From contig NW_002060945.1 in the NCBI RefSeq assembly GCF_000150275.1, forward strand, positions 2,689,172 to 2,753,171: 64,000 nucleotides of DNA. The letters are read 5' to 3'. The notes under the pieces were generated by a model. The model was not told the origin of the DNA. It saw nothing but the letters and a program-made list of their open reading frames with translations, and made no database searches. Source of the stretch: Trichoplax adhaerens (lineage: Eukaryota; Animalia; Placozoa). The position numbers and the translations under genes were made by a program. Below are positions 14,401 through 28,883 of this stretch, in pieces. The stretch's first letter is position 1, and each line of letters begins with the position of its first letter.

Positions 14401-16765
14401 CAAAATACATTAATTTTATTAATTACAAGGAATCAATGATTCAAGACTATTTACTTGGTGAAAACCGCGACTATCTACCTGTAGATCAAGTGTTGTTAGC
14501 TTCTTTTTCTTATAATCTTCCTTCTTTTCCTTTATGATGGTAGTCTTTTTCTCTTTGGCCTTTTCCTAAGCAAGTTGCCAATATCAAAATTTACTATCAC
14601 TGCAATTTATTAGATGATAAATAAACATAATTCGCGTAAATGCCGATATGTTTACTCCTTTGCTATCTTAGCAAGTTACCTGTCTTTCTAAATCTTCCGC
14701 ATATGCGTCATATATTTCCCACTAGGTTGTGATTATAAATGATCGAATTAATATTGTTTCTTAATCGAATATGGTCTATTACCAAATATTAATCTTGTCA
14801 TATTGATCTTTACCTGATTTGCAGATGCCGAAAAGTTAGCTCTAGGTGGTGGCTCAGTTACTGTTCCTCTTTCCTACACATTTAAGGATTGATATGAGTG
14901 CTACCGAAAAACCTTATAAAATTTAGGTCACATTGCTAGTAAATTATAGTGCAAACTCACTCTAGATGGATTATTAAAGGTCTGCGAGGCTCGTTCACTA
15001 AAGTTAAACTGATTAGTTAATTTCTTATCTTTCTTATCTTGGCCATCCGTTTCGGTACCAGCATCAATCTGAGAAGGATTAAAAGTATTTAAGAAAGCGA
15101 TAGTGTTAAGAATTGGGCATTATCGGTAAAGAAAAATAGTTCTATTATTTACTTTATCATCTCCTTCTTGCTGTTCTTCTTCATCCGCCGCAGCTTCACT
15201 TGCATGATCACTTGTTGCTGTAAGTACCATAAATCTCATAAGATTACGCTTTTATTGATTATCTTAATTATCTCATTAATGTATGAATTGGACTGTAAAG
15301 ATTTGTTCTTATTACCATCAGATACTGCTTTAGCTTCTGCTGCTTCAGCTTTAGCCTTCTGACGTCTTGCCTCGTCTGAATCTTTGTGTAGAAGATTTCT
15401 AAAATATTGTACAGGTATGAGAAACTTATGAAAGTTTCCTAGGTGACAAAATTGTATTAAGGTTAATAAATAACTTACCCGTCCAAGGCAAAGTGAATTG
15501 CCAGCTGATCGACACTTGAAATTTGTTTATATGATCGATCCTAGTTCATATGTAAACTTAAATTAATCTCCTATAATATAGATATTCTTCCTTATCGTAT
15601 CAAGTTAACTTGCCTACCTTGTAATTGTATCTGACAATATTGCTGGGCGCATGGGGATTATTAGCTGTTAATATTCTGGTAAATTCTTCTTTTAATTCCT
15701 ATCATGAATAGAAATAGAAGGGTATCTAATTAATTTAGAGCAGTTGCAAAGAGTTGACAGTGATATAAAATAATTAAATTCTGCTTTACGTACAACTTCA
15801 CTAAGGTCCAATTGGTCTTCAGGTTTTATGACAGTTTTTGACTGCATTTAGGAATAGTAGCAAAATACGTAAATGAATATACATCAACTAAAGACAGAAA
15901 TTTAAACTATCAATCTGACAAAATTCTTATTCAACCTGCATCCATTCATCAACATTCTCTTCTCCAATTTCCGTACGATCGTCGTCGTCCTAAATGGAAT
16001 GGTAATTCGAAGTCAGTATAAGTTTTTAAATAAACGATCTATTCCTTTGCATAATGCAGTACTCCTATTTTATGGCCTATTTCTTAGCTTAGCCTGTAAG
16101 TATATGCTTACTCTGGATGGGCCTTGCTTTTTCCCTTTGGATAGATTGCCAAGTTTTGTTACCTTTCATTATGAAATAGACAAGTTTAAAATACGAACGG
16201 GCCTACATTACCTAACAAGCTCATGGTACAACTTGCAGCCTAAATGTCTAACGTATCTAGATCCCTAAATATGCACGAACTATTTCTAATTTTATTCCGT
16301 GAGAGCAGGGTGAATGTGCACACTTTGCTAGATCATAGCTTATTATAAAGATTAATATTACTTTACTGAAGATAATGTTTATATCTACTCTATCGAGACA
16401 GATAGCTAGATGCGCAAACACTTTTATCATCAAGACCATGGGGTGGCATTATCTTATAGATTTGCATCATCTCTAATTACTATTACCTCTATGGTTACCA
16501 ATAACTTGTTCGAATTAATGAAATTTTTTTCAAACATACGTAATATTTGTATAGTAGATGAATTTATTAGCAATGATCGTTACAGAATAGGACTAAAGTT
16601 CACAAATACAGATACAACATATTGTGAAAATTAGAAAAGCATGACGATTCGCATTTATATGTAGGTTAAAAGTATTTTGTGCTGTCAATCTTGCGATTCA
16701 AAACGTACGTTATCAATAGAAATAACTTTTCTAACCTTGTTGGTTTTACTTTGAGATTTCTTCAT
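11445..16765 (-). CDS. DNAI1: Dynein axonemal intermediate chain 1 (outer arm IC78/DNAI1), about 25 short exons
   Basis: Spliced by eye: [10 protein letters not shown] / [35 protein letters not shown] / [20 protein letters not shown] / [24 protein letters not shown] / [17 protein letters not shown] / KHTDPVWQ / FKLSPNLR / [14 protein letters not shown]..stop; GT-AG junctions. Confidence 0.93.
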
Positions 16766-16945
16766 AATTTTGTTCAATTAGTAATAATTGACCCTTTTCA
16801 GTGTTGAAGCAGTAAATATTAATAAGTTATCGGTGTGCAGGATCTGGAATTGAAAATCGATATTGCAGCAAACGTCTAATCTATGAACGAATACATAAAA
16901 GTTGGTCACTACTATGGTACACAAAATCACCATCCACAAATTATG

Positions 16946-16959
16946 GTTGCTATGGAGAT
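16946..16959 (-). promoter_or_regulatory. RFX X-box upstream of DNAI1
   Basis: GTTGCTATGGAGAT (minus strand ATCTCCATAGCAAC) fits the X-box consensus RTHNYYWTRRNRAC and lies about 180 bp upstream of the ATG of a motile-cilium gene. Confidence 0.7.
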
Positions 16960-17057
16960 GGAGAGAGAGTACGCAAGCGTATGATGCTCAAAGCTGATTT
17001 GTAATTAGGTTGTCTCAACGCTCACGTTTACCAACTAAACCAGTCCAGTGAGCGACC

Positions 17058-17759
17058 TACAGTACTGTACAGTACAGTACAGTAGGGCATGTTTACTAAT
17101 TGTTCCGATTTTTAAATGGCAAAGTATATAGAAATTATTGCTGTGGGCCTTAACTATTCTTGCATACTTAGCTCCATGTTGATATAAAGTACCCTATTTT
17201 GACGTTAGTTTGAGTCCTAATTTTTCTCATTTTCTACATCTCAAGAGAAAATAAACACGCTCATGGTGGCCGAGAAGGGCCAGCATACAGTACAGTACAG
17301 TACAGCACTGTACTGTCTGTAGTACTGTATACTGTACAGCATTGGACCTTCTCGGCCCCCTCGTAACTTTGGCAGTACCATCGCAGAACACCACTGTGCC
17401 ATAATTCTTCTATCGAAAAATGCCAAGTTACTCGTATATCATAACCAAGCGGATTTTAAAGCGTGAGAGTTATATCTTTGGAAGTGCTTTGGATGCCTTA
17501 ATTGTTGATAGGATTAAAATAATCCAATTTACAATTTAAAACAAATTACAGATATGACGGATTTCGGCCATCGGTATAGTGTCTTTAGCTGCTGTTTCAG
17601 TCGGATAATAGTGCTTAGCCATCGACTACCAATTACTGTACATCTACAGTACGTACTGTAGAATATACTGTACACTGTACACTGTACTGTACAGTACTGT
17701 ATATGCAGTCCATACTGTAGGCTTTTGTAAGTGTACAGTACTAGTACAGTACGTACAGT
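17058..17759. repeat. Three pentamer tracts in the DNAI1/PRCC divergent intergenic region
   Basis: Tracts at about 17058-17084, 17285-17339 and 17634-17759. Confidence 0.9.
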
Positions 17760-17902
17760 TACTCTATCAGGATTCAGGACTGATTTCAAGGCCATACTAA
17801 ATCAGATGGAAACTGATGTAAACGGTAAACCACAGGCTTCTCAGCAACCTTGAAATTATTATTTCCATCTTCCTTCCTTTATCATTACTGATAGTTTTAA
17901 TT

Positions 17903-20385
17903 ATGTCGTTAGTAGCCGCTTATGATAGTAGTAGCGATAATGAGGTACTTGAAGAGTCAAAACCTTCAAAGCAGGGCAATAGTGGGGAAACGAAAGTCAA
18001 TGCAAATCCTTCTACTCGTCAAGGTCTCCTTAGTTCGTTACCACCGCCCAAGAAAGTCAATGGAAAAGTCAAGATCGCTATGCCGTCGTTGCCCTCGGTA
18101 AGTATTAACGGAACGGAACAATTGGTTCTTACGATTTATCTTGATATGCAAAGTCATTACAATTATCACTAAGGATAGATTATGAAAGATTTCTTCAAAT
18201 TTATCCTGTTTAGCTAGTACAAATGCACACGACAGTAGTCAAATTATAATTGTTATTATTATTATCAACTACTCCTTCATTCTTTCGTTATTGCTATCGA
18301 AAGAACAGGTAGCTTAAAGAGGATCAATTAGAATCAGCTTACTCGTAATGTTACATGTTGACCTATTGGATTTATTGATAGATTGATTGCCATCCTTTAA
18401 CGATGATTAATGAATTAAAATCTTTCAATTTTCTCGTTTATGCATCGTAGAATGATTCCGACGATGAAGAGGAACCCGAGAGTACTAAACCAAAATATAA
18501 ATATAAGGTTCACTAACTAATGATTTATGAGACGATAATTAGGGCATCTTTACCATAATTCTTGACTTTAATGACTGATTAACAGCGATCAGTTCAATAC
18601 CTAGCTCCTGTAACAGTATAGTAATTTATTTTATTTTAAAAGTTGATATTAGCATTACGCTTTAAATTGCCTACAGTAATTCATTGCATTGATGGCAGGA
18701 ATTTGTATTCATCTTCATTGCAGGCCGGTTCTAGTTTGACCGAAATGTTACCTGCACCGAAAAACGCAATGTTTGCAAAGATGAAAGTTATTAAGTCTGA
18801 TACAAAAAGTACCGGTACTGAACAAAGCAAACAACCAATGATACCTTATACTTTAACTAAAAAAAAGAATGTTCGTCAGAATAAACCTACGCCAAACGAA
18901 GGCAAAAAATTTAGTGGAAATCTCCCGGAAGATGAAGATAACTACGATGCAGGCGGATTTTTTGGCAACCTACAAGACAATCAACCTGACAAAACTTTGC
19001 AAAGGTTGCAGTCATACGCTTATGTTATGCCATTAAGTTGTGTATGATTCCAATCAGCAGTGTACACTGCATTATACAATAATATGTATGGCGATAGAAA
19101 AGAGATAGCAGAATTAACGAACCTATGACAATGTTCACTCTGTTACATTTTAATACATTGTTATTGGATTGATAGTAGCTTCGCTTGTTTAGGCTTATGA
19201 TTTATATAATGGCGTAATATCAGTATCACTTACAAGCACATTTCAACTGCTACTTTGTAAATTTATAAACAGAATTCGTGCTCTTTACGCTATAAAAATC
19301 TTACTGATTTAGTATATAATATTTTCACGATTGCCATGATTCCAAAATATAACAATAGATCGTATTGATATTTACAGCACCAATATGATACAGAAGAATA
19401 AATTGGACAGCATTGACAATTCTAAGCACAGTAACTTTTCAAAATCAAATTATCTAAATTCCGCTCCTGATCCATCTCTTGAAGAATTTGAAGCACCTAC
19501 ATATCAGAATCAGGTAAATCACTATGTTGACGAATCTTAACTCAGTGATATATTCGTACATCTAATTTGTCCTTAAAATTTGAATAATTTATGCTAAGCT
19601 CATGGGGAGTTTAAGACATTTTTGCTATAATTACTACAAATTCTTAGACACCAATTGCTGGAGTATCATGTTCGCCCGAATATACTCAAGGTAGTCAATA
19701 CCAATACAATGATCATGGTAATTATAACGTCAATAGCTATAACAGCACCTATGAAAATTCATCACAATCCAATTCTAGTGAAAGTAACTTCGTAAATGAA
19801 TTAAAGCAAGACGAGCAGGTATTCTGTGATAAATCGTACATGATCTATAATTATTAGTGTATAAATGTACTTGTTACATTTGTGTTACCCGATTAACTGT
19901 TTTGACTTGTAACAGTTCTTACGTATGCAAGGCAAGCGTAAACGTGGCGATGCAGAGATTATAAATATCATAGACGTTAATGAAGCAGATCATATTGCAG
20001 ATGCTGCTAAATTTAGACAAAAATTTTCTACAGAAGAACTGTCTTATCGGCCGGAGGTATGCATCATCTTGTATGCATTGGTATACTATTTGTAGCATGA
20101 TATGTTCGATTGCTTATATTGCATTTACTACCGGATTTAGGATAGTGGCCGTTTAAAGCCATCGCAAATGCAAAAGCGTAAGCACCAGATAACGTATTTG
20201 GCCTTTCAGGTAAAGATTTGCTAACTGTTTGATAGTTTTAAATTAGTTGGCCTTAATCTATACTTTGGCATGATCCTAATTTGTTATTACTGTATCAGGC
20301 AAAAGAGCGTGAATTGGAACTGAAGAATACTTGGTCTGCGAACCGTGCAACCCGAAGACAGACTCAGTCAAAATACGGCTTTTAA
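17903..20385 (+). CDS. PRCC: Proline-rich protein PRCC homolog (splicing-associated), multi-exon
   Basis: N-terminal MSLVAAYDSSSD, LLSSLPPPK, LTEMLPAPKN; C-terminal KRKHQITYLAFQAKERELELKNTWSANRATRRQTQSKYGF-stop (PRCC C-terminal domain). Confidence 0.9.
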
Positions 20386-21595
20386 GGTGCTAAAAATCTA
20401 CTTCATCGTCCTGGTATGCTCCGAAAAACATTGCCCTACTGCACGCCAATCAAAACATGAATGTTGCTAGTGACTATAATCTTGTAAAAATGATTGGTGT
20501 TTTTGTAAGAATGCAAAGTGATACTACAATCAATACTTCGTTATTGTATTGAAAATATTAGATTTGGATAATAACTACCGTATCTGTACTTCGCTCTTGA
20601 CTTAGTGAATTGTTATACTGTAAGTCTGCATCTGTACACTATGCTTCTACGTTTGGGAACATTTGCATATTCACAAACGTATCGATTTTGTATATAAATC
20701 TAAATATTCATGTTACTCAGTCAGCTTATGTAGCAATCTTAATAGAAGAGATGCCTCTGTTTTTAGTCATCTCAAGTACACAATTTCAAACGATAAAAAA
20801 CTGATAATAAAAACTACCAAAGACAATTTATTATAATCATAAACTGTCAATGTAAAACTTGCCTAGCTGCCTATAATTTAATATATTCTTTACATATTGA
20901 TTTCAAGACGAGCATTACAAAATATAAGTACGTATTACGCTGTTACTTTATCATTAATTATTAATAATTGTACAATTAATCAATAATGGTATAACTTACA
21001 ATAACGCGAATGAAGTTGTATTATTATACAAGTTAGAGGGCATGCAGGGTGCTTCAAATCGTTGGTTAGTTAGCAAGCTTATACAGAGTTGATTTTTAGA
21101 AACTGATGTTCATTGAAAATGAAATTAGCAATTGTAACTCCCACCTCTAACCTGTACATATATATATATACGTAACTATTACATTTTATCGATACATAAC
21201 TCATAATTGCATATTTTCAACTTTTTGCATACTTCATAAATTGCCAGTAAACAATGGAATTATCCTACTCTTAAGGCTAAGTACTTGAACTTTTTCAAGG
21301 TAATTACTAATCCCCGTATACAGGTTAGACTTCATAATCGTAAAGAATATACGTATGTAATGTTAGGACAACTTCCTATGCACAGGTACATAATGTACTA
21401 CACATAATGTAACTCCAAATTAAAATCTGAACATGAAATACTTCAATATTAGTAAACCCTTCTAAGCTAAACCGTTAGCTACATCGTGTTTATGTACAGA
21501 TCATAAGTGCATTGCACACCAAAAGCCATAGCATGTTGCTAGTATTCAATCCAGAGCTACTTGCAACTTTGATAGCTCGATTCGATGGAAAATAT

Positions 21596-24500
21596 TTAAT
21601 ACCTATTACCACTGTAATTAGCACCATATTCGGTTCTGCCTGCGTTATCCACAGCATTTCTAGCAGCCGTTGCTGCAGCACCTGCAACAGCATCTTTAAC
21701 AAAATCACTTTGTACAGCACCTTGAGTCCATTCACTTCGTGCTTTCCCTACGCTTCCACCGGTGGTACGATATATAAAATGGACCTATTGCAAAATTACC
21801 GGTAAGTAACTGATTAGTTGTAGATCAGCAGTCAGTTATATAATCCTAAAACTCTTCAAGAGCGTAAAGTTTCGTACCCTCTTCAGGATAAAAACTTGAA
21901 TAATTGTTATAATGGTTGCTAAGATAGCACAAATAAAATACATGGCTGCGAGTGGCTTCTGTTTCTTATCAAGAGCCATTGCGCCGCCTATAAAACCACT
22001 AAAAAAGATCATATACATTAATGATTGAGCAAATTATTCATTTTCCTTCCTTGCTTGTTGTAAGGAAGCTTATACAATGAGCAACTTACCAAGTACCTGA
22101 TCCAGCCGGACCTATAATCCATACGCATTGAAATATGATTTGAAAAAAGAACACGAAGAAGAATTGCATAAAATTCATAGAGCTGTCATCCCTGTAAAAA
22201 CACAGATTTTTTATAAGTTAGCGTCAACTTAAGAAGGGCAATACTGTACCATTGCAGATCAACATATCAATGGTCTTAATTAATAACCTAAATGCTTTGT
22301 AAATAGGTCGGTACCAGCAACAAATTGAGCATGGTGACCATATAACGAACCAAACAATTGATAAAGCAAAATTAAGTGCGCCATTATCCATGCCAAGCAC
22401 CATCCCCGCAATACCACATATCATATTATACATTAGTAAGAAAACGTATGCTGTAAGACAAAGAAATCAATCATGTAAGAATCAAGTCATACAGTTTTAG
22501 ATAGAAATATGACCCGACGAATGACCATATATATTAAACTCACCAAACCATAGATAGTATATTATTCTTTGTAGCCTTTGATGTTCCACAGGTATATCCA
22601 CGCCAATATCATGATACCAACATGGCTGCACACAGCATTTTTTTGGTAAAGGTGGAAAATTATTCGGTCTCGCTCCTATACGTGTAGAAGATGGCAATTC
22701 AATAAATTGTGAAACAATTTTGTATTTTCGCCTGGTTAGAAGGCTGTACATTATCATCAAACTCTTAAGAATATCAAAGACTAATTCAGCTAAAACTAAA
22801 ATGAAGCTCTGTAGTCTCTGAAAATTAATAGAAAACTGCAGTAGGATAGATTCTGCGTTTTTACCGTCAGCTGGTCCAGCAGATCTTTTGAGTTCGTCTT
22901 CTTTTCTCTTTAATTCAGCTGCTTTTCGTTCTAACTCCTATGGTTCGGTAACACAGAAAACATGTAAAATATCAATTAGCAACAACGGTAAAACTCTTAA
23001 GAACTACCTGTTTAAAATAAAATTAATAACATAACACCATGCTATCATATCGATCCAGTTATATAATGACAACCGCTAATGACTAGGAGCGAATAACCAG
23101 GTTTAGTCAGGTATTACTAACCTGTTCTCTGGAGTAAAAGTCGTTTACTTGCGCCTATTGATACATAAAGATAAAGGATAGGCAAGTTAAGAATCCTACC
23201 CAAATTTAAATTGTAGTAATCTAAGTTACACTAACAAGCACTGAAATTTTTACTATTTACTTATTTATTATTATTAATACAATGATGACACTTGATAATA
23301 TCTAATGATACAATCCAGCTATATCTTTAAAATACATTATTTGCACACAATACATATTTATCGTAATGTCATAATCACACAAATGCTCATAACTTTCAAC
23401 ACCTAAAAATAGTGCGGCAAGTTTTGAGTCATAGTCCGATCGATCACTTATGCTCAACAGGCAACTCACCGAAGCAGTTTCACGATAAGAAGGAGGATCA
23501 GCTGGTTTCGTTTCCATGACAGCTGGCTCAGGCTTAGGTTCCTGTCTCGAGCCAGGTGATGACGTACGTTGCTCAGTGGCAGGCGATTTTTCACGAGCAA
23601 CAGTAGAATTTGAAGCAGTCATCTAAAATAAACATAAGGGGAAAATTAGATTAAGTTTTTATTTACCAAAATATAACTGTCTCCTGCTACTAAGAAAAGG
23701 CTAATAAAAATTAAAAGACCCTAAAAATCAGCGCGACTAAATTTTCCTTATCTTTAGTAGTAGTAAATCAAGAATTATGGCAAATTGTGAATTTCGTACA
23801 GTGGTAACTGTAAGTTACGGCATGCGCAGCTATTGTACAATGAACGCGTCAAGTGCAATGCAAAATCGTTAGTTATTGCATTTAATCGATAGTTATAAGA
23901 TTGGAATCGTAGCAAGCAACATTTCTGTATCACCACGTAATAAGCGCTCTTATTACAATCTCGTTCTCTAATACGTTTCATACTAGAGATTTTGTTATTC
24001 ATTACACATATAATCGAAATATTTAATTGTTCAGAAAAGTACTGTGGCAGTTTAATTGAAATCAATAATGATGATATTCGGTGATATTATTAAGGTACGG
24101 TAAGCTGAAACGATTAAGGATAGGACCGTAGTGCTAGCTACTTTAAATTAAGGATGCGTTCACACGGTGTACGTACAATACCATTTGTCTTGATGCATTA
24201 CAACTATTATATCGTTGCGTAACTTACCGTTGACGCCCTGACTGTATTTTCGCCGAAGGGATTTTGACGTCCTTCCAAAGCACTCTGGGCTGCAGTAGTA
24301 TGGGAGGTGATCGACGGATCCTAAAATCATGAATCATGTCTAAGATATTGCAATATCATCACAGTAAAACTGACAGGTGTGTATCATATAACTTCAGTAC
24401 AACTTGCATTTTTAAAACTCACAAGCATTATAACTAATTTAACAAACTTGCAGCAAAAATATTAAAGTTCGAAATAATATAGATTAATAGCGAGTAACAT

Positions 24501-25658
24501 CGTTGACCACTATGCTAGCGCATACGTGCTATAGTTAGTATATCATTTACTATTTTCATGCACAGCATAAGAAAAGTGAGTTGACGACTTGCCATGACAA
24601 ATTGCTGAGGTTCAACATTAAATCATCTCTATCTTTGAATGTCATGGGTCAACATGTTGATACATGTTATGTAGTACATGGCGCTACATTGCTTTTCGAG
24701 CTTAAGATCAGACATGTAGTGTGCAGTCAGACTACTCTATATCTCACGTCTTTAATGACTAGAATCAAAACTTGTTCGCAGTCAAGGTAGCTTAGCTAGC
24801 TTTTGCGTCATTGTACCGTATGGCAGATAACTAATTTAAGTAGCTGTCCGAAACGTACTTATTAATCCATAGTATTGTATAGTATGCGAGTATAAAGTAC
24901 AACTGGATCACACTACATCTTCACAAGCAATTTTAAGTAGTAACAAAATTGTGTAGTTAAGATTATTTGCGTAAAAAGAAAGAAATACTTTCAATTGAAT
25001 ACGCAAACGTAAGAGAACAATGTTTTCCAGTAGTCAAGTCTATCGCTCCTTCCTTCAGAGTCAACACGTATAGTATACTGTACTCGTATACTAACTATCC
25101 ACTACCACTACAGTACAGTAGAGCAGCTACAAATTCTAAAGCGACAAACTGTAATGGCTACAATGAATGCATTGTAGTGGATAGCATCAGTCAAGCAGAA
25201 GTTATTTCGTTAACAACAGTAAGGGTTTTAAAAGATTGAAATTTTTCAAATTTCTATGTGAAGGCAAATAAGTGCAGTATCATTTTTGATAAACGCCAGA
25301 CAAAACACATACAAGGTACTGACTGTATCAACGCATAAAATCATTCCTTCCAGTTCTATAGTATGTGCAGTAAAAGTTGAGCACAGTGAGTACCAAGTAC
25401 CGAGCACTACAGATCCGCACTAGTGTACCGCTGCAAGCTAAAAAATATATATCATTGAAAATGAAGAATCTACCACAACAGCACTACAGAACATGATATT
25501 AAGCAACGAGGTATCCTGTTATCACTATTCTATTGTACTCTTACCTACTACAACAGCATAGCATAGAACGAAAACGAGAATGTAATCACTGAACATTTTT
25601 GACTTACAGCAAAAGGATTGTCTCCTTCGCTATCGGCGAATGGATTTGAATCAGCCAT
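21596..25658 (-). CDS. SCAMP: Secretory carrier-associated membrane protein, multi-exon
   Basis: MADSNPFADSEGDNPFA..DPS..QNPF (three NPF motifs), coiled coil ELERKAAELKRKEDEL, NNFPPLP..PCWYHDI..DIP, E-peptide CWYRPIYKAFRDDSS, four hydrophobic segments. Confidence 0.93.
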
Positions 25659-25897
25659 ATCCTACTTCTGAATCGTAATTACTTTCAGTAATAACTTGAA
25701 TCTAAAGTGTAAACAGAGCTTGCAAAGGTCTAATAGTTGTACACGTGAAATGAACGGATAACACAGTGTTGGTTTTATTTCGGTCAATGAAATCTAGACT
25801 TCCGAGCAAGAAAGTTCAACTGGCACAACTGGCAAAAACTAAACGGGCTTCCAAATTTTGTAGGATAAATCCCTCACGCAACTGTGTTAAATTGCGA

Positions 25898-26078
25898 TAC
25901 AGTACAGTAATACTTATTCTCTAGCGCGGTACAGTTAGCATACATTATTACAGTACAGTACGTACAGTGAAAAGTACTTTCCATCAAGTACTGTAAACAC
26001 ATACAGTACAGTACAGTACAGAGTACAATCGTCGTCGTTTTCAAATTGTAACAGCTGCACAGGGTACAGTACAGTACA
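25898..26078. repeat. (CAGTA)n tracts upstream of SCAMP
   Basis: tacagtacagta, tacagtacagtacgtacagt, tacagtacagtacagtacagagtac, gtacagtacagtaca. Confidence 0.85.
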
Positions 26079-28851
26079 AGATGGCAATGTATTCGGTGTT
26101 TAGTAATGTTTGAGCTACCCTACTACTGCAGCGGCCCAACTGGAAAATAATTACGTCATTATTTCAATTCTCGAAGGACTCGGGAAGCAAATATTGTAAT
26201 GTTCTAAAAATATGAACGCCACCTTCGACGCGCTATAAACACAACGTTATTCAAAGTATATGTATTAATATAATAACGTAGTAAATAAAATGTCATTTTA
26301 ATAACAATTAACCAGTGAAAAACATTAGTAGCTCTCGACTATAACTACATTGTATACTGTAAATGATAGCGATATCAATCGTACGAGGATTAATGTGGTA
26401 CGAATTAGAATAAGGATTAGCTGCAATTGAACCTTATAAGCTATGCAAGCTATCATCTTAACAAATACGTACATATTTATAAGCCGTCATTATACAATAT
26501 AATTTGAAATACTGTATTATAAGTTAACTAATACTGGATAGAGGTAGTTCACGAATTACTATAATTATTCATTCGAAAAGATAGTAGCTTCAATACATTG
26601 AATGTCGAATGCGTAGCCCCTCTCGTATGCTACATCGAAATACAGTAAACTAACTCGGTTAATAGGGCAAATATTATGCAAAGAATAGCTAATATCGTTA
26701 TATTTTCTCTTGTGACACTACATCAATCACACTAGACAAGGTTAGACACTACAAAGTAGCATAAAGCGTAAAGTCCACTTTTTATAGTGAACGAGTCAAT
26801 ACGTATAATTACGATATTGATATTACTGTATACGTTTATCTTATCGGTTAAGTAGTTATGCAGTTTACCTGCCCTAATTTCTAGACGTTACAAGTCTGTC
26901 ACACATAACAAATGTTGCTTTAATTTATACCGTAAGAGTGATAATATAAATTTATTTATAACTTGATAAAATGGACTAAAATGAAATAATCGTTATAAAT
27001 AAATTGTAATTGCTTATAATAAACTATAATTATCACGTAATAATTTAGTCCAACAACTTTATTTGAACTATTAATATTAGAGTTGCCTATCCATCTTGAT
27101 CAATCAATTTATTTCGTTAATTTGTTTAAATTGCTGTGCTCTGTAATAGCAAAACTAGTAAAGAGTGAAGAAAAGCAAATTTTGAAAAATAGGTTACGTG
27201 CTTCATTAATATTCTCCAATAGGAAACTCTAAATCTCGGGTATACAACAGTACACTGTACATATGTAGCTTATTTTTACACACTTTATAAGTTCACTGAG
27301 TTCATATTTTAGTTACTATATAGGAACTTGTAAATGCTCACCGACAAGTAAATGTTTGGCATTTTAATGACCAACCTATAATATTTACTATACTGTATAC
27401 CGTAACTTGATCAACTGGCGATTCTGTCATGATTCTGCATGTATTACCATTACGTAATCTTAACTTGAAAGCATGAGTAGTCTACAAATAAAAGTATACA
27501 CATGTAATCCCTGTATGCTGTACGTACTAGTACAGTAGTGTATAGTTTTGAACTATACCATTTTTTCCCGTTATTATTACTGTGCTATTATATCAAAATC
27601 ACAAATTTATGCGCAAGTTAGTTCTGTAAAACACAGTACCGCTCATTAACGACTTATCATTACAGGAAGTCTGTGCAGTGTGCACTGTGCAGTAGACCTC
27701 TAGTGTGCATTGCTATGCACAATTACATATACAAACTAACGTGTTGTGATTGGATAATAGCAACTAGGTCTTTCAACTTCAGTCATAAGGAGAAGTATTT
27801 ATCGACGAGCTAAAAATAGAGTTCGTGTATATCCAGTTTCTCCTGTCTGGATCTAAATATTATAAGGTACCAAGAAATAGTAAGTCTTTTGTACTACATC
27901 GTAGTAATTCCTATCAACATAACTGTACTGTACGATTGCAGACTACGATTGACGCTCAATCATTCATTCTTATAAACTTTTACAAACTGATTATGAATTT
28001 TGCTTACTGACGTGAAACACAAGTTCAACAGATCTTTCCAAAGCTATGTCTTGCCGTTACCATCCGAATGTATGCCTGTATACACGCACCATTTTTCGGA
28101 TCTTAGGACATTTTCTTCTAACCAAATTCGGAGTAAAAGATTGAAGTTTTACAAAATTCTACCATCACAGTTATTTAGTCGCACACCGATGATGTCATTA
28201 ATTTTATCTAAAAATTACGGGGTATTACCGCATAAATAATTAATTAGCTTATTCATTAACCTAGAATCCCGAATCTAAAATAATACCGTATTACGACTGA
28301 CTGTCAGGGCCGCAACGCTACATTGACCACCGTACCTTACGTACGTTGTTTTCCTCTCGGAGAACATGAAATTGTATAGTTTTATATTTAGAGAGAACAA
28401 TGGTTGATCAATGTCTATATATGGTCATTGTAATGTTAAATGAGCACTTCGATCCTTATTTGGACGTTTTTCAAGTTATATTTGCATACTGTACTGTACT
28501 GTACTGTAAGTTCAAATCTACGATAATTTCGTAGTCGATTGATGATTTAATTTTATTTGAAACAGTTTAAATGTTTTTATTACCTCGATCATAGAGGCTA
28601 GATGGCACTTGGTGAATGCGGTATACTGCGCACTCAGGGACTTGTAAGAAAAGAAGTCTCTAGTACAGTACTGTACTATTGTACTTACATAGAACTGTAC
28701 AGTACAATGCTTTAGACTTTATTCGAAATCCACCCTGTCTTCAGAGGCTGAACACCACTACTTTAAAAATAGACTTGACTCCTGGTCCTCAGAACATCGT
28801 AAAAATGAAAAATACTAGTAGGCCCATGCTCTTTTATACTTCGCGTACTGT

Positions 28852-28878
<27 letters not shown>
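28852..28878. repeat. (TA)n microsatellite
   Basis: About 13 TA units. Confidence 0.9.

Positions 28879-28883
<5 letters not shown>

Noticed and set aside
21032-21151. 8-bp inverted repeat GTTAGAGG / CCTCTAAC downstream of the SCAMP stop
   Set aside because: Short, with poor internal pairing; compatible with chance.
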